DNA of 55,026 nucleotides from an uncultured Bacilli bacterium (lineage in GTDB: Bacteria; Bacillota_I; Bacilli_A; RF39; UBA660), in the NCBI GenBank assembly GCA_947623685.1, contig CANQHF010000006.1, forward strand, positions 1-55,026, given 5' to 3'. The position numbers and the translations under genes are program-made. Positions 1-9,665 of this stretch are shown piece by piece. The notes beneath the pieces were generated by a model. The model did not search any database. It was given only the letters and a program-made list of their open reading frames with translations, and had not been told where the DNA came from. Every line of letters begins with the position of its first letter. The stretch's first letter is position 1.

Positions 1-193
1 CGTCGTGCCAACTTTTACTATTTCATACTATATTTCAAAAATGTTCAATTTTTTATTGACACATTATAGTTGGTCTCTACATTAGTATATGATTTATTTA
101 CAAATGGTTTAATTAATTATAAAAAAATATTTATTTAATAGTAAAAATAATAATTATGTGATATAATACTTTATAGAATAGGAAGGTGTATTA

Positions 194-2029
194 ATGAAAG
201 CAATAGATATTATATTATTACCTTTTGTTTTTGTATATAAAGGTTTTATAACGATTTTACTTATGCCGTATTACTTAATTGTTTTAATTGGCAAAGCTTT
301 AGGAATTGGAAAGAAAAAAACAACTAATACCATCGCACAAACAAAAGATGCAAATGAAGTTAAAGTAATTAAAAATACTGGATTAGTTAATGCTAATATA
401 CCGGTTGGTAATTCTTCATCTAACGTAAATACTGCTCAAAATCCAGCTCAAAATCCAGCTCAAAAACAAGAAAACATTATTAAAAGACAAAAAGAATTTG
501 AAAGATTAGTTGCTAAGGCAAGGTTAGAAGAACAAAAAAGGGTTCAAGAACAAGAAAAAATCCAAATTGAAAATGAAAAAAGGGAAAAAGAAAGACAAGC
601 AAAAGAACTTGAAAGAAGAAAAAAAGAAGAAGCTTGGGATAGAAAAGAAGAAAAAAGAATCGAAGAGTTAAAAAAAAGGGGAGAACCAATTACCCTAACT
701 GATAAATTAAATCATTTTTATAAAAAATTAACCTATAATAAAAATGAAGAATTAGAGCTAGAAGCTAAAAAATCAGTGCTAGATGAACAATTTAAGGATA
801 AATCAAAGCAAACATCTAGATTTACTAAACCATTATTATTTGAATACGTTGCTAAAGCACCAAATGGGGAAATTGAAAAAAGTACCATTGAAGCACTATC
901 AAGGGTTGATGTTCACTCATTTTTAGAAGCTGAAGGTTATAAAGTGTATGATATAAAGGCTGCAAAAGCAAGATCAAGCATAATAACTTATCGTATGAAA
1001 AGAAGTAAGCTTATCTTTTATTTATCACAGCTATCAGCTTATTTAAAATCAGGTATTGCGCTTGCAGATTCGGTTAAAATTCTAGAAGATCAAGCAAAAA
1101 ATAGAAATGAAAAGAAAGCATGGCGAGCAATTTATTATGATTTATCGATGGGTGATGTTTTATCACTTGCCATGGAAAAAAGAAAAGATACGTTTCCAAA
1201 ACTTTTAATTAACATGATTAAAACGGCGGAAATGACTGGTAATTTACCAGAGACGATCGATGATATGGTAGATTATTATACTGAATCTGAAACAACTAAA
1301 AAACAAATGAAAACAGCTATGATGTATCCAATAGTAGTTACTTGTTTTGCAGCAATTGTTGTTACTTTCATTTTAATGTGGGTTGTACCACAATTCGTTG
1401 ATATATATGCTGATTTAGGTAGTGACCTTCCTGCAATTACCAAATTTGTTATACGAATAAGTGATTTTCTAAAAAATTATCTAATATTTATATTAATTGG
1501 CATAATAGTGTTAATATTAATATACTTATATATGTTTAGAAACGTAAAACCATTTAGAAAAACAATGCAAGAGTTTTATATGCATATACCTGTTTTTGGT
1601 AGTATCATAATCTATAACGAGGTAACCATATTTTCTAAAACGTTTGCAAACCTTATAAATCATAACGTATTTATAACTGATTCAATCGATGTATTAAGTA
1701 AAATAACTGATAATGAAATATATAAAAAATTAATATTCGATACTGCAAAAAACCTAACTAAGGGTGAGCCTATATCAAAGGCATTTAAAGACCATTGGGC
1801 TTTTCCTAACATAGCTTATCAAATGCTTATTACCGGTGAAAAAACTGGTAGGTTAGGACCTATGATGGAAAGGGTATCAAATTATTATCAAGAGCAACAT
1901 AGAACGTTAGTTAACCAAATGAAAACGTTAATTGAACCAGTAATGATTGTAACTTTAGCATTTTTAGTTGGTGGAATTTTACTAGCGGTTATAATTCCAA
2001 TGTATAGTATGTATGATGCTTTACAATAA
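194..2029 (+). CDS. pilC: Type IV pilus platform protein PilC (T2SSF family) with long N-terminal TM + coiled-coil extension
   Basis: T2SSF motifs (YLKSGIALADS, KTAEMTGNL, MMYP, TGEKTGRL, LIEP...IIPMY); RBS AGGAAGG upstream; adjacent to a prepilin peptidase. Confidence 0.9.
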   Translation: MKAIDIILLPFVFVYKGFITILLMPYYLIVLIGKALGIGKKKTTNTIAQTKDANEVKVIKNTGLVNANIPVGNSSSNVNTAQNPAQNPAQKQENIIKRQKEFERLVAKARLEEQKRVQEQEKIQIENEKREKERQAKELERRKKEEAWDRKEEKRIEELKKRGEPITLTDKLNHFYKKLTYNKNEELELEAKKSVLDEQFKDKSKQTSRFTKPLLFEYVAKAPNGEIEKSTIEALSRVDVHSFLEAEGYKVYDIKAAKARSSIITYRMKRSKLIFYLSQLSAYLKSGIALADSVKILEDQAKNRNEKKAWRAIYYDLSMGDVLSLAMEKRKDTFPKLLINMIKTAEMTGNLPETIDDMVDYYTESETTKKQMKTAMMYPIVVTCFAAIVVTFILMWVVPQFVDIYADLGSDLPAITKFVIRISDFLKNYLIFILIGIIVLILIYLYMFRNVKPFRKTMQEFYMHIPVFGSIIIYNEVTIFSKTFANLINHNVFITDSIDVLSKITDNEIYKKLIFDTAKNLTKGEPISKAFKDHWAFPNIAYQMLITGEKTGRLGPMMERVSNYYQEQHRTLVNQMKTLIEPVMIVTLAFLVGGILLAVIIPMYSMYDALQ

Positions 2030-2077
2030 TAATTGTATTTTATATAGTATTTTAAGGCTTTATAGAAAGGATTAATT

Positions 2078-2866
2078 ATGAGTTTAGAAGTTTTAAATGG
2101 AATCATGATATTTATTATTGGTACTATTTTTGGATCATTTTATAACGTCGTTGGGTACCGATTACCTAATAACATGTCCATTGTTTATCCATCTTCTCAT
2201 TGTCCAAATTGTAACCATAAATTAAGGTTTTATGAGTTAATACCTATATTATCTTACCTGTTTTTAAAAGGTAAGTGTAAGGTATGTAAAAAAAGGATAT
2301 CAATTTTCTATCCTTTTTTTGAACTTTTAACTGGAATTGTTTTTTTGCTTTCTTATTTATCATATGGTTTATCTTTGAAATTCATAATTTCAATAACGTT
2401 TATTTCTATATTGATAATAATAAGTATTAGTGACATTAAATATTACATTATTCCAGATGAAGTTTTAATAGTTGGTTTAGTTTTATTAATAATTGAGTTA
2501 TTAATAAATAATTATGTAAATAACATAGGTTTATATAAGGCAATAGTATTACCATTATTAAATGGCGCTGCTTCCTTTGCCGTTTTATACTTATTTAAAT
2601 GCTTTGGTGATTTATTATTTAAAAAAGAAAGCTTAGGAGGAGGAGACATTAAGTTATTATTTATAATAGGTTTAACATTAGGATTTGATATGTCTTTAGT
2701 TGTTATCTTTTTAGCGGCATTTATTGCCCTTCCTTTATCAGTTATTAACCTAATTAAAGATGATAACAACGTATTACCATTTGGACCTTATTTAGCTATT
2801 TCATCCGCCATAATAATGTTAAGTAAAGTAGATATAAATATGATATTAAACTTTTTCATTAAATAA
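2078..2866 (+). CDS. pilD: Prepilin peptidase (A24A, PilD/ComC)
   Basis: GSFYNV..YRLP, SHCPNC / CKVC zinc motif, catalytic Asp in ISDIK and GGGDIKL, LPFGPY. Confidence 0.95.
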   Translation: MSLEVLNGIMIFIIGTIFGSFYNVVGYRLPNNMSIVYPSSHCPNCNHKLRFYELIPILSYLFLKGKCKVCKKRISIFYPFFELLTGIVFLLSYLSYGLSLKFIISITFISILIIISISDIKYYIIPDEVLIVGLVLLIIELLINNYVNNIGLYKAIVLPLLNGAASFAVLYLFKCFGDLLFKKESLGGGDIKLLFIIGLTLGFDMSLVVIFLAAFIALPLSVINLIKDDNNVLPFGPYLAISSAIIMLSKVDINMILNFFIK

Positions 2867-2900
2867 AAAACGTTAACTTATTAATTAAGCTAACGTTTTT
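2865..2900. terminator. Bidirectional intrinsic terminator between pilD and pilB
   Basis: AAAAAACGTTAACTTA-TTAAT-TAAGCTAACGTTTTT hairpin with A/T tails between convergent genes. Confidence 0.7.
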
Positions 2901-4194
2901 ATATATCAAGAATTTCATCATCTTGATTACCATCATTAACATTACTATTATTGTTATTATTATTTGTATTTTCATTAGTCTCATCTTTTCCAGTTACTAT
3001 CTTAACTGCTTCATCATCTAATTCAACTAATCTTAATATTTCTTCAATCGTTGTAATGTTTTGTAAAACCTTTGTTAATCCATCTTGCAGTAAAGTAGTG
3101 GTATCTTTTGTATATACTAACTTTCTTAATTCTTCTTTTGGAATTCCATTAGCAATTGCATCCCTTATTTCTTGAGATATTACTAATACTTCGTGAATAG
3201 CAATTCTTCCTTTATAACCACCAACACACTTATCACAACCTTCAGCATAAGAAAGTTCTTGTATATCTACTCCTAAATTTGCTTTAATTAATTTCTTTTC
3301 ATATTCAATTGCAGGTCTTTTTTTCATGCAATATGGGCAAAGCCTTCTTGCTAATTTTTGAGATACAATACCATTTAAAGAACTTGCTAGCAAATAAGTT
3401 TCAACGTCCATATCAGTTAAACGTTCAATCGTGTTTAAAGCATTATTAGTATGGATTGTAGATAATACTAAGTGTCCAGTAATAGATGCCCTAACGGCTA
3501 TTTTGGCGGTTTCATCATCACGAATCTCACCAATCATTATTATGTCTGGGTCTTGACGTAAGATAGAACGTAATACGTTAGCAAAGGTAAGACCTATTTC
3601 ACTATTAACTTGAATTTGGTTAATTCCTGCAATATTCATTTCTACTGGATCTTCTACCGTAACTAAGTTAACTTGCGGGGTATTTAAAAGTTGTAATAAT
3701 GAATAAACCGTTGTAGATTTACCAGATCCTGTTGCACCAGTTACTAATATTATTCCGTTAGGCTCTTTTATTAATGCTTTCATTTTAGCTAAATTACTAG
3801 GAGAAAATCCTAAACTTTCCAGACCATTTAAAGATGCAGAATAATCCAAAATACGAATAACTATTTTTTCTCCTTCATTTGTAGGTAAAGAAGAAACACG
3901 CATATCAAGATTAATATCTTTAATTGTCGTTTTAATTGCACCATCTTGTGGTAATCTAGCTTCCGTTATATCCATTCCAGAAATAATTTTAACCCTTGCA
4001 ATTAAGTTCTTGCGAATACTTTCAGGGATCATCGTATAATCTAATAAAACACCATCAATTCTAAATCTTACTTTAATTGATGTTTCAGTAGGATCAAAAT
4101 GAATGTCACTTGCTCCAGCTTGGGCAGCAATATATATAATTTCATCTACTATTTCAGTAATTGGTAACTTTGTAAAATCAATTTGTCTTAACAT
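2899..4194 (-). CDS. pilB: Type IV pilus assembly ATPase PilB/GspE
   Basis: ASDIHF, RFRIDG, RLPQDG, Walker A GATGSGKS, EDPVE, LRQDPD, GEIRD, TGHLVLSTIH, tetracysteine CPYC...CDKC. Confidence 0.93.
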   Translation of the reverse strand: MLRQIDFTKLPITEIVDEIIYIAAQAGASDIHFDPTETSIKVRFRIDGVLLDYTMIPESIRKNLIARVKIISGMDITEARLPQDGAIKTTIKDINLDMRVSSLPTNEGEKIVIRILDYSASLNGLESLGFSPSNLAKMKALIKEPNGIILVTGATGSGKSTTVYSLLQLLNTPQVNLVTVEDPVEMNIAGINQIQVNSEIGLTFANVLRSILRQDPDIIMIGEIRDDETAKIAVRASITGHLVLSTIHTNNALNTIERLTDMDVETYLLASSLNGIVSQKLARRLCPYCMKKRPAIEYEKKLIKANLGVDIQELSYAEGCDKCVGGYKGRIAIHEVLVISQEIRDAIANGIPKEELRKLVYTKDTTTLLQDGLTKVLQNITTIEEILRLVELDDEAVKIVTGKDETNENTNNNNNNSNVNDGNQDDEILDI

Positions 4195-4312
4195 ATTCTT
4201 CTCCCCTTAGTATTCTTTTATTCTTTAATCTATGTACACTCTGCATTTTAATACTAGATTTTATTATAATAATATTATATAATATATTTTAGAATATGGC
4301 AATAAAGAAAAG

Positions 4313-4873
4313 GTGATAAATTTGAAAAAGAATGTTAAAGGTTTCTTTTTAGCGGAAACTATTATAATGATAGCATTAGTTACAACCGTAATGGCATTTG
4401 TTTATCCAAACTTAACAAAATTATACGATAACTTTAACAATCGAACTAAATATTATGATCAACCAGAAGATTTATATGTTTTAAAAATGTATAGTGAACT
4501 TTTAACAAGAATAAATAACGAAAATTCTATTAATTCTAAAACAAATAATGGTTGTAAAATATTTAATGATGGAAAATTAACTAGTGGAAATGAAATATCA
4601 ATATCATACGGAAGTATTAAAATCAATAGTTATACTATTAGTCCACTAGGAGGTATTAGTAACTTATACATAACTGGATATATGACAGAAGTAAGTGATA
4701 ATAATTACAACTTTAATAAATATCTTAAACGTATGAAGAAAACTACATATGATAGTGCGTCTTATAGATTAATTGGGAAATTTGGAACTGGAAATAATAT
4801 AAGATATGCCTCAATAAAAATAGAAAATCCAGATCCTAATAGAAATTGTAATTTAGGAGGTAAAAATGAATAA
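4313..4873 (+). CDS. Type IV pilin-like protein
   Basis: Class III signal KG|FFLAE followed by a hydrophobic helix; two Cys. Confidence 0.75.
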   Translation: MINLKKNVKGFFLAETIIMIALVTTVMAFVYPNLTKLYDNFNNRTKYYDQPEDLYVLKMYSELLTRINNENSINSKTNNGCKIFNDGKLTSGNEISISYGSIKINSYTISPLGGISNLYITGYMTEVSDNNYNFNKYLKRMKKTTYDSASYRLIGKFGTGNNIRYASIKIENPDPNRNCNLGGKNE

Positions 4874-5237
4874 ACTAAATAAAAAAGGTGTTACGTTAGT
4901 TGAGTTAATCGTTAGTTTTGCCTTAGTTGCCGTTGCAGTTGCTTACTTTTTTCAAACCTTATACACCGTTAAAAAAATATATTCAAAGGCAACTAAACAA
5001 TCCCAAGAATTCGTTGATAAAACTTATGCTTTAAGAATAGCTGATGCTTATATTGATAAAAATGGTTGCTCGAATATATCTACAATATGCAATACATATT
5101 TTAATAAAACTTATTTTGATTGCAATAGTAAAGAAACAAAAGCAGAACCTAATAATGGTATGTGCGTAGTTACACTAAAAACTAAAAACGGGAAAGAAGT
5201 TAAGTTATACAAAAATAAATATCTCTGGTATAATTAA
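4866..5237 (+). CDS. Type IV pilin-like protein (prepilin N-methylation motif)
   Basis: KKG|VTLVELIV motif; RBS AGGAGG; overlaps the previous ORF; 4 Cys. Confidence 0.85.
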   Translation: MNKLNKKGVTLVELIVSFALVAVAVAYFFQTLYTVKKIYSKATKQSQEFVDKTYALRIADAYIDKNGCSNISTICNTYFNKTYFDCNSKETKAEPNNGMCVVTLKTKNGKEVKLYKNKYLWYN

Positions 5238-5238
5238 G

Positions 5239-6111
5239 TTAAAAAAGCCTAAAGATAAGATATTTTAAGTATCTTATTTTTTTATTTTCTATCATTGATA
5301 GTGTTTGCATTTGGATGCATAAACCACCAAAGTTTAAAAAAAAGTAGGCTAATATAAATTTTATTGCGGGATTAATTGATAAATTACCAAGTAAAATAAC
5401 GCCGCCAGTCATTTCTAATATACCGTTAATGATGGTACTTAAAATTATGTTTAAGTTAAATATGTTTTTTATTAAAGATACTAAAACGTTAAACATTATA
5501 ACTATTCCAAAGATAAGTAGGCAAGAGTTTATTGATTTTTTAATCGAGCTTGTTAAGGTGCTTGTAAATTGTTCATTATTAAGATTTAGTTTTTCACTAG
5601 TACTACTAATTTTAGTTTTTAGAACGTAAGCTTTAAAAAGATTACTAATTAACATCATAAAAATTAGTAAGAATCCTGCTTTAGCACTATTAAATACACC
5701 AAGCCCAACTCCTCCAATAATAAATAATGGATTAATAAAATGAGTTGTTAAAAGTAGCCTTTGCGCATCATTTACATTTAATTTACCACTATTTAGACAT
5801 TCATTTATGTAAACCGCATTGCTTGGAGAACCAGTAAAAATTGATATGATAAATATGCTTGTCATTACGTTGTTAAAGTTAAATAATTTATTAAATATTT
5901 TTTTTATAAAATTTGGGATAATTAGTTGTACGTTATTTTTAACAAGTAAATTACCAATTACCATAGAAGGAAAAAGGTAGGGAAATATTTTTAATATGAA
6001 CATTAAAGATGAGGATGTTACGCCTTCCATTACGGTTTTTGATTTATATAAAATTATTAATTCAAATAAAATTAATGCATAAAGTAAGAAGATGTTTTTT
6101 TTATTTATCAT
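5239..6111 (-). CDS. ylbJ: Sporulation integral membrane protein YlbJ-like
   Basis: IFPYLFP, GSPS, NPLFIIGGVG, GILEMTGG, FGGLCIQMQ motifs typical of YlbJ; multiple TM segments. Confidence 0.8.
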   Translation of the reverse strand: MINKKNIFLLYALILFELIILYKSKTVMEGVTSSSLMFILKIFPYLFPSMVIGNLLVKNNVQLIIPNFIKKIFNKLFNFNNVMTSIFIISIFTGSPSNAVYINECLNSGKLNVNDAQRLLLTTHFINPLFIIGGVGLGVFNSAKAGFLLIFMMLISNLFKAYVLKTKISSTSEKLNLNNEQFTSTLTSSIKKSINSCLLIFGIVIMFNVLVSLIKNIFNLNIILSTIINGILEMTGGVILLGNLSINPAIKFILAYFFLNFGGLCIQMQTLSMIENKKIRYLKYLIFRLF

Positions 6112-6262
6112 TATTTGTATCCTTTTAATTAAAATTTATTATTAATTAACACTTATTATGTATGATAAAGTTAAAAATTTCTAATATTATAAACTTATTA
6201 AACAATATTTACTAAATATTATAAAATGTGTTATAATAATAAGGATAATAGGAGTTGTGTAT

Positions 6263-9200
6263 ATGAAAAAGGAAGAAAAAAACAAGGTTGGAAGACCAAA
6301 ACTTGCTGATAAAAAGCAAAAAAAGATTGCAATTGGTTATATTGCTTCTTGCATTTTATTAACTATATTTATATTTGTATATGGAATATTTACTTTATTT
6401 AATGTAAATGATGTATTAAATAAAATTAGGGCTGATGTTTTAGAAACAGGAAATATTCAAACTTATTCAGTTGTAAATAGCAATAGTGAACCTAATAAAT
6501 GTAAGGTAAGATTAATTAGTTTAAGTGGTAAAAATTTAAAATACCAAGTAATATGTGGTGCTAATGCAAAACCAGTATATAGCATAAAATTAGTAAATAA
6601 AGGAAAAACCAAAAAAATTGGTTTATTATCTAACGTTAATAAAGGTTATGTAAAAACAAGAACTTATAAAATTAAAGAAGAGTTATCTAAAGATGCTTAT
6701 TTATCTGTTACTTATAGAAAATACACTGCAGATAATAAAATGGTAAAAAAATATTATATAAATAAATATAATTTATATAAAAATGGTGCATTAAATACAC
6801 AATCTGAAGTAAAAACAAGTGATAGTAAATTAATTAGTAATAATAAGTGTAAATTAGTAGTAAGTGATACTTATAAAGAAAACGTCAAATTTAAAGTTTC
6901 GTGTACTGATAATGCTAAAGTAAATAGTATAAGGTTAGTAAAAACTAACGGAACACTTGATGGTAGTGAAGTAGGTATTATTAATAATAGTAAAATAAAT
7001 AAATTTGGTGTAAGTTTTGAAGATGATATTAAAAAAGAATTAGATCCAAATACAAAATACAGATTAGTACTATATTATGGAATAAAAAATAAAAATTATT
7101 ATAGGACTGTTGTAGATTTTAATCCAACGGAAAATCATATTACAAATGATGCAAAAACTACAACTACCACAACTACTAAAACAACAACAAAAAAACCTGT
7201 GACACCTACAACAACAAGTAAAAAAACTACAACTACGAGTAAAAAAACAACTACAAAAATTAGAGTTTCATCTGTTAAATTAAATAAAACAAGTATAACG
7301 ATAAATAAAGGAAAAACGGCATCATTAACTGCAATGGTATTACCAAGTAATGCAAATAATAAAAAAGTAACTTATAAAAGTAGTGATACATCAGTTGCAA
7401 CGGTAGATAAAAATGGTAAAATAAAGGCAATAAAAAGAGGTACTGCGACAATAACGGTAACGACAGAAGATGGTAAAAAAACAGCAACTTGCAAAGTTAC
7501 GGTTAACGTACCAGTAAGTAGCGTTATGTTAGATAAATCAACCCTTAGTTTATCTAAAGGAAGTAGCTATACTCTTAAGGTTGGTGTGTCACCAGGTGAT
7601 GCAAACAATAAAACAGTAACTTATAAAAGTAGCAATACTTCTATTGCAACGGTAGATAATAAAGGAAAAGTAACGGCAATAAATAAAGGTACTGCAACGA
7701 TAACGGTAACAACAAATGATGGAAATAAAACGGCAACTTGTAAAGTTACGGTTAATAATTCCGTAAGCAGCGTTAAATTAGATAAAACAAGTATAACGAT
7801 AAATATAGGAACAACAGAAACTTTAACTGCAACGGTATCACCAAGTGATGCAAATAATAAAAAAGTAACTTATAAAAGTAGTGATACATCGGTTGCAACA
7901 GTAGATAATAAAGGTGTAGTAACGGCAATAAAAAGAGGTACTGCAACAATAACGGTAACAACGGATGATGGTAAAAAAACGGCAACTTGTAAGGTTACGG
8001 TTAACGTACCGGTAAAAAGCGTTATGTTAGATAAATCAACCCTTAGTTTATCTAAAGGAAGTAGTTATACTCTTAAGTCTGCTGTATTACCAGTTATTGC
8101 AAATAATCAAAACGTAACTTATAAAAGTAGTGATACATCGGTTGCAACAGTTGATAATAACGGTAAAGTAACGGCAATAAATAATGGTACTGCAACGATA
8201 ACGGTAACAACAAATGATGGAGGTAAAACAGCAACTTGTAAAGTTACGGTTAATAATAATTCTGTAAGTAGCGTCAAATTAAATAAAACAAGTGTAACGA
8301 TAAATAAAGGAAAAACTGAAACTTTAACTGCAACGGTATCTCCAAGTGATGCTAATAATAAAAAAGTAACTTATAAAAGTAGTGATACATCCGTTGCAAC
8401 GGTTGATAATAACGGAAAAGTAACAGCAATAAAAAAAGGTACTGCAACGATAACCGTAACAACAGAAGATGGAAATAAAACGGCAACTTGCAAAGTTACG
8501 GTTAACGTACCAGTAAGTAGCGTTAAATTAAATAAAACAAGCGTAAATATAAAAAAGGGAAAAACAGCAACGTTAAGCGCAACAGTATCACCAAGTGATG
8601 CAAATAATAAAAAAGTAACTTATAAAAGTAGTAATACATCGGTTGCAACGGTAGACAAAAGCGGAAAAATAACTGCCAAAGCTCGTGGCAGTGCAAAGAT
8701 AACGGTAACAACAGAAGATGGTAAAAAAACAGCAACTGCAACAGTAAAGGTTTTACAAGAAGGAACTTGTAATTTATTAAAAACAAGCGGTAAACTTAAG
8801 ATTACGTCAAGCACTATTACTTATAATACTTCATGCACTAATGATGCGGTAATTAAAGAGTTATATTATAAAATAGGTGATGGAAGCTATACCAAACTTT
8901 CTAATGTTAAAACCGGAACAATTAAATATACTCCGCCTTCTGTTTATTCTAGAACAATTACTTTTAAACTAAAAATAACTAGAACAACAATTGATACAAA
9001 AATAGTTGAATTAACAACTAATATAGGTTCATCTGCTAAAATGAGTGCTGGTAAAGGTGTTACAACTGGTTACTTAAAAAGTCCAGTAGATCCTGAAGAT
9101 ACAAATAAACAAGCAATCGCAAGAGTTGGTGATAATTCTAAAACATTATATTATAAAAGTGGTAAATATCACGGTGGAACGGATTTCAAAGTTAAAACTG

Positions 9201-9568
9201 GTACAAAAGTTTACGCAATGGATGGCGGTGTTGTTTATAGAGTAAGCGATAAAGGTAAATCTGGTTATGGAAAAAGCGTCATAATTAAACACTCTAAAGG
9301 TGGTAAAAATTATTATTCAATTTATGGCCATTTAAGTAAAAACGATGTTGTAAAAAAAGGTGATAAAGTATCACAAGGCCAATACATCGGATTATCTGGA
9401 AACACTGGTAACTCATCAGGACCTCACTTACATGTAGAATTAGAGATAAGAAGTGGTAATCCAGAAACCTTTGGAAGCTCTTATTCTGGAGTACATTATT
9501 TAGTACTTAAATACATAGGAAAAGATGTAACATATGTTGGTAAAAAGTGTGATGGAAGAGGTTGCTAA
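6263..9568 (+). CDS. Membrane-anchored surface protein with six Big_2 Ig-like repeats and a C-terminal M23 peptidase
   Basis: N-terminal TM, Thr/Lys linker, 6 Big_2 repeats, M23 motifs HGGTD, YGHL and GPHLH; start moved to ATG 6263 behind AGGAG. Confidence 0.88.
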   Translation: MKKEEKNKVGRPKLADKKQKKIAIGYIASCILLTIFIFVYGIFTLFNVNDVLNKIRADVLETGNIQTYSVVNSNSEPNKCKVRLISLSGKNLKYQVICGANAKPVYSIKLVNKGKTKKIGLLSNVNKGYVKTRTYKIKEELSKDAYLSVTYRKYTADNKMVKKYYINKYNLYKNGALNTQSEVKTSDSKLISNNKCKLVVSDTYKENVKFKVSCTDNAKVNSIRLVKTNGTLDGSEVGIINNSKINKFGVSFEDDIKKELDPNTKYRLVLYYGIKNKNYYRTVVDFNPTENHITNDAKTTTTTTTKTTTKKPVTPTTTSKKTTTTSKKTTTKIRVSSVKLNKTSITINKGKTASLTAMVLPSNANNKKVTYKSSDTSVATVDKNGKIKAIKRGTATITVTTEDGKKTATCKVTVNVPVSSVMLDKSTLSLSKGSSYTLKVGVSPGDANNKTVTYKSSNTSIATVDNKGKVTAINKGTATITVTTNDGNKTATCKVTVNNSVSSVKLDKTSITINIGTTETLTATVSPSDANNKKVTYKSSDTSVATVDNKGVVTAIKRGTATITVTTDDGKKTATCKVTVNVPVKSVMLDKSTLSLSKGSSYTLKSAVLPVIANNQNVTYKSSDTSVATVDNNGKVTAINNGTATITVTTNDGGKTATCKVTVNNNSVSSVKLNKTSVTINKGKTETLTATVSPSDANNKKVTYKSSDTSVATVDNNGKVTAIKKGTATITVTTEDGNKTATCKVTVNVPVSSVKLNKTSVNIKKGKTATLSATVSPSDANNKKVTYKSSNTSVATVDKSGKITAKARGSAKITVTTEDGKKTATATVKVLQEGTCNLLKTSGKLKITSSTITYNTSCTNDAVIKELYYKIGDGSYTKLSNVKTGTIKYTPPSVYSRTITFKLKITRTTIDTKIVELTTNIGSSAKMSAGKGVTTGYLKSPVDPEDTNKQAIARVGDNSKTLYYKSGKYHGGTDFKVKTGTKVYAMDGGVVYRVSDKGKSGYGKSVIIKHSKGGKNYYSIYGHLSKNDVVKKGDKVSQGQYIGLSGNTGNSSGPHLHVELEIRSGNPETFGSSYSGVHYLVLKYIGKDVTYVGKKCDGRGC
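7265..8750 (+). repeat. Six ~249-bp intragenic repeats encoding Big_2 domains
   Basis: Recurring GTAACTTATAAAAGTAG / VTYKSS..T..ATVD..G units in A-B-A-B-A-A order; boundaries approximate. Confidence 0.9.
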
Positions 9569-9598
9569 AAAAATAGTAATTTAGATTACTATTTTTTT
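9567..9598 (+). terminator. Intrinsic terminator
   Basis: AAAAAATAGTAAT-TTAG-ATTACTATTTTTTT. Confidence 0.75.
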
Positions 9599-9665
9599 AA
9601 TACTTTATTATTGACAAAATAATCGTTATAAATATAATAATATTATTAAAAAAGGAAGCGATTAA

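Noticed and set aside
1-10. CGTCGTGCCA could be a tRNA 3' end
   Set aside because: Only 10 nt are visible at the window edge, too little to support a call.
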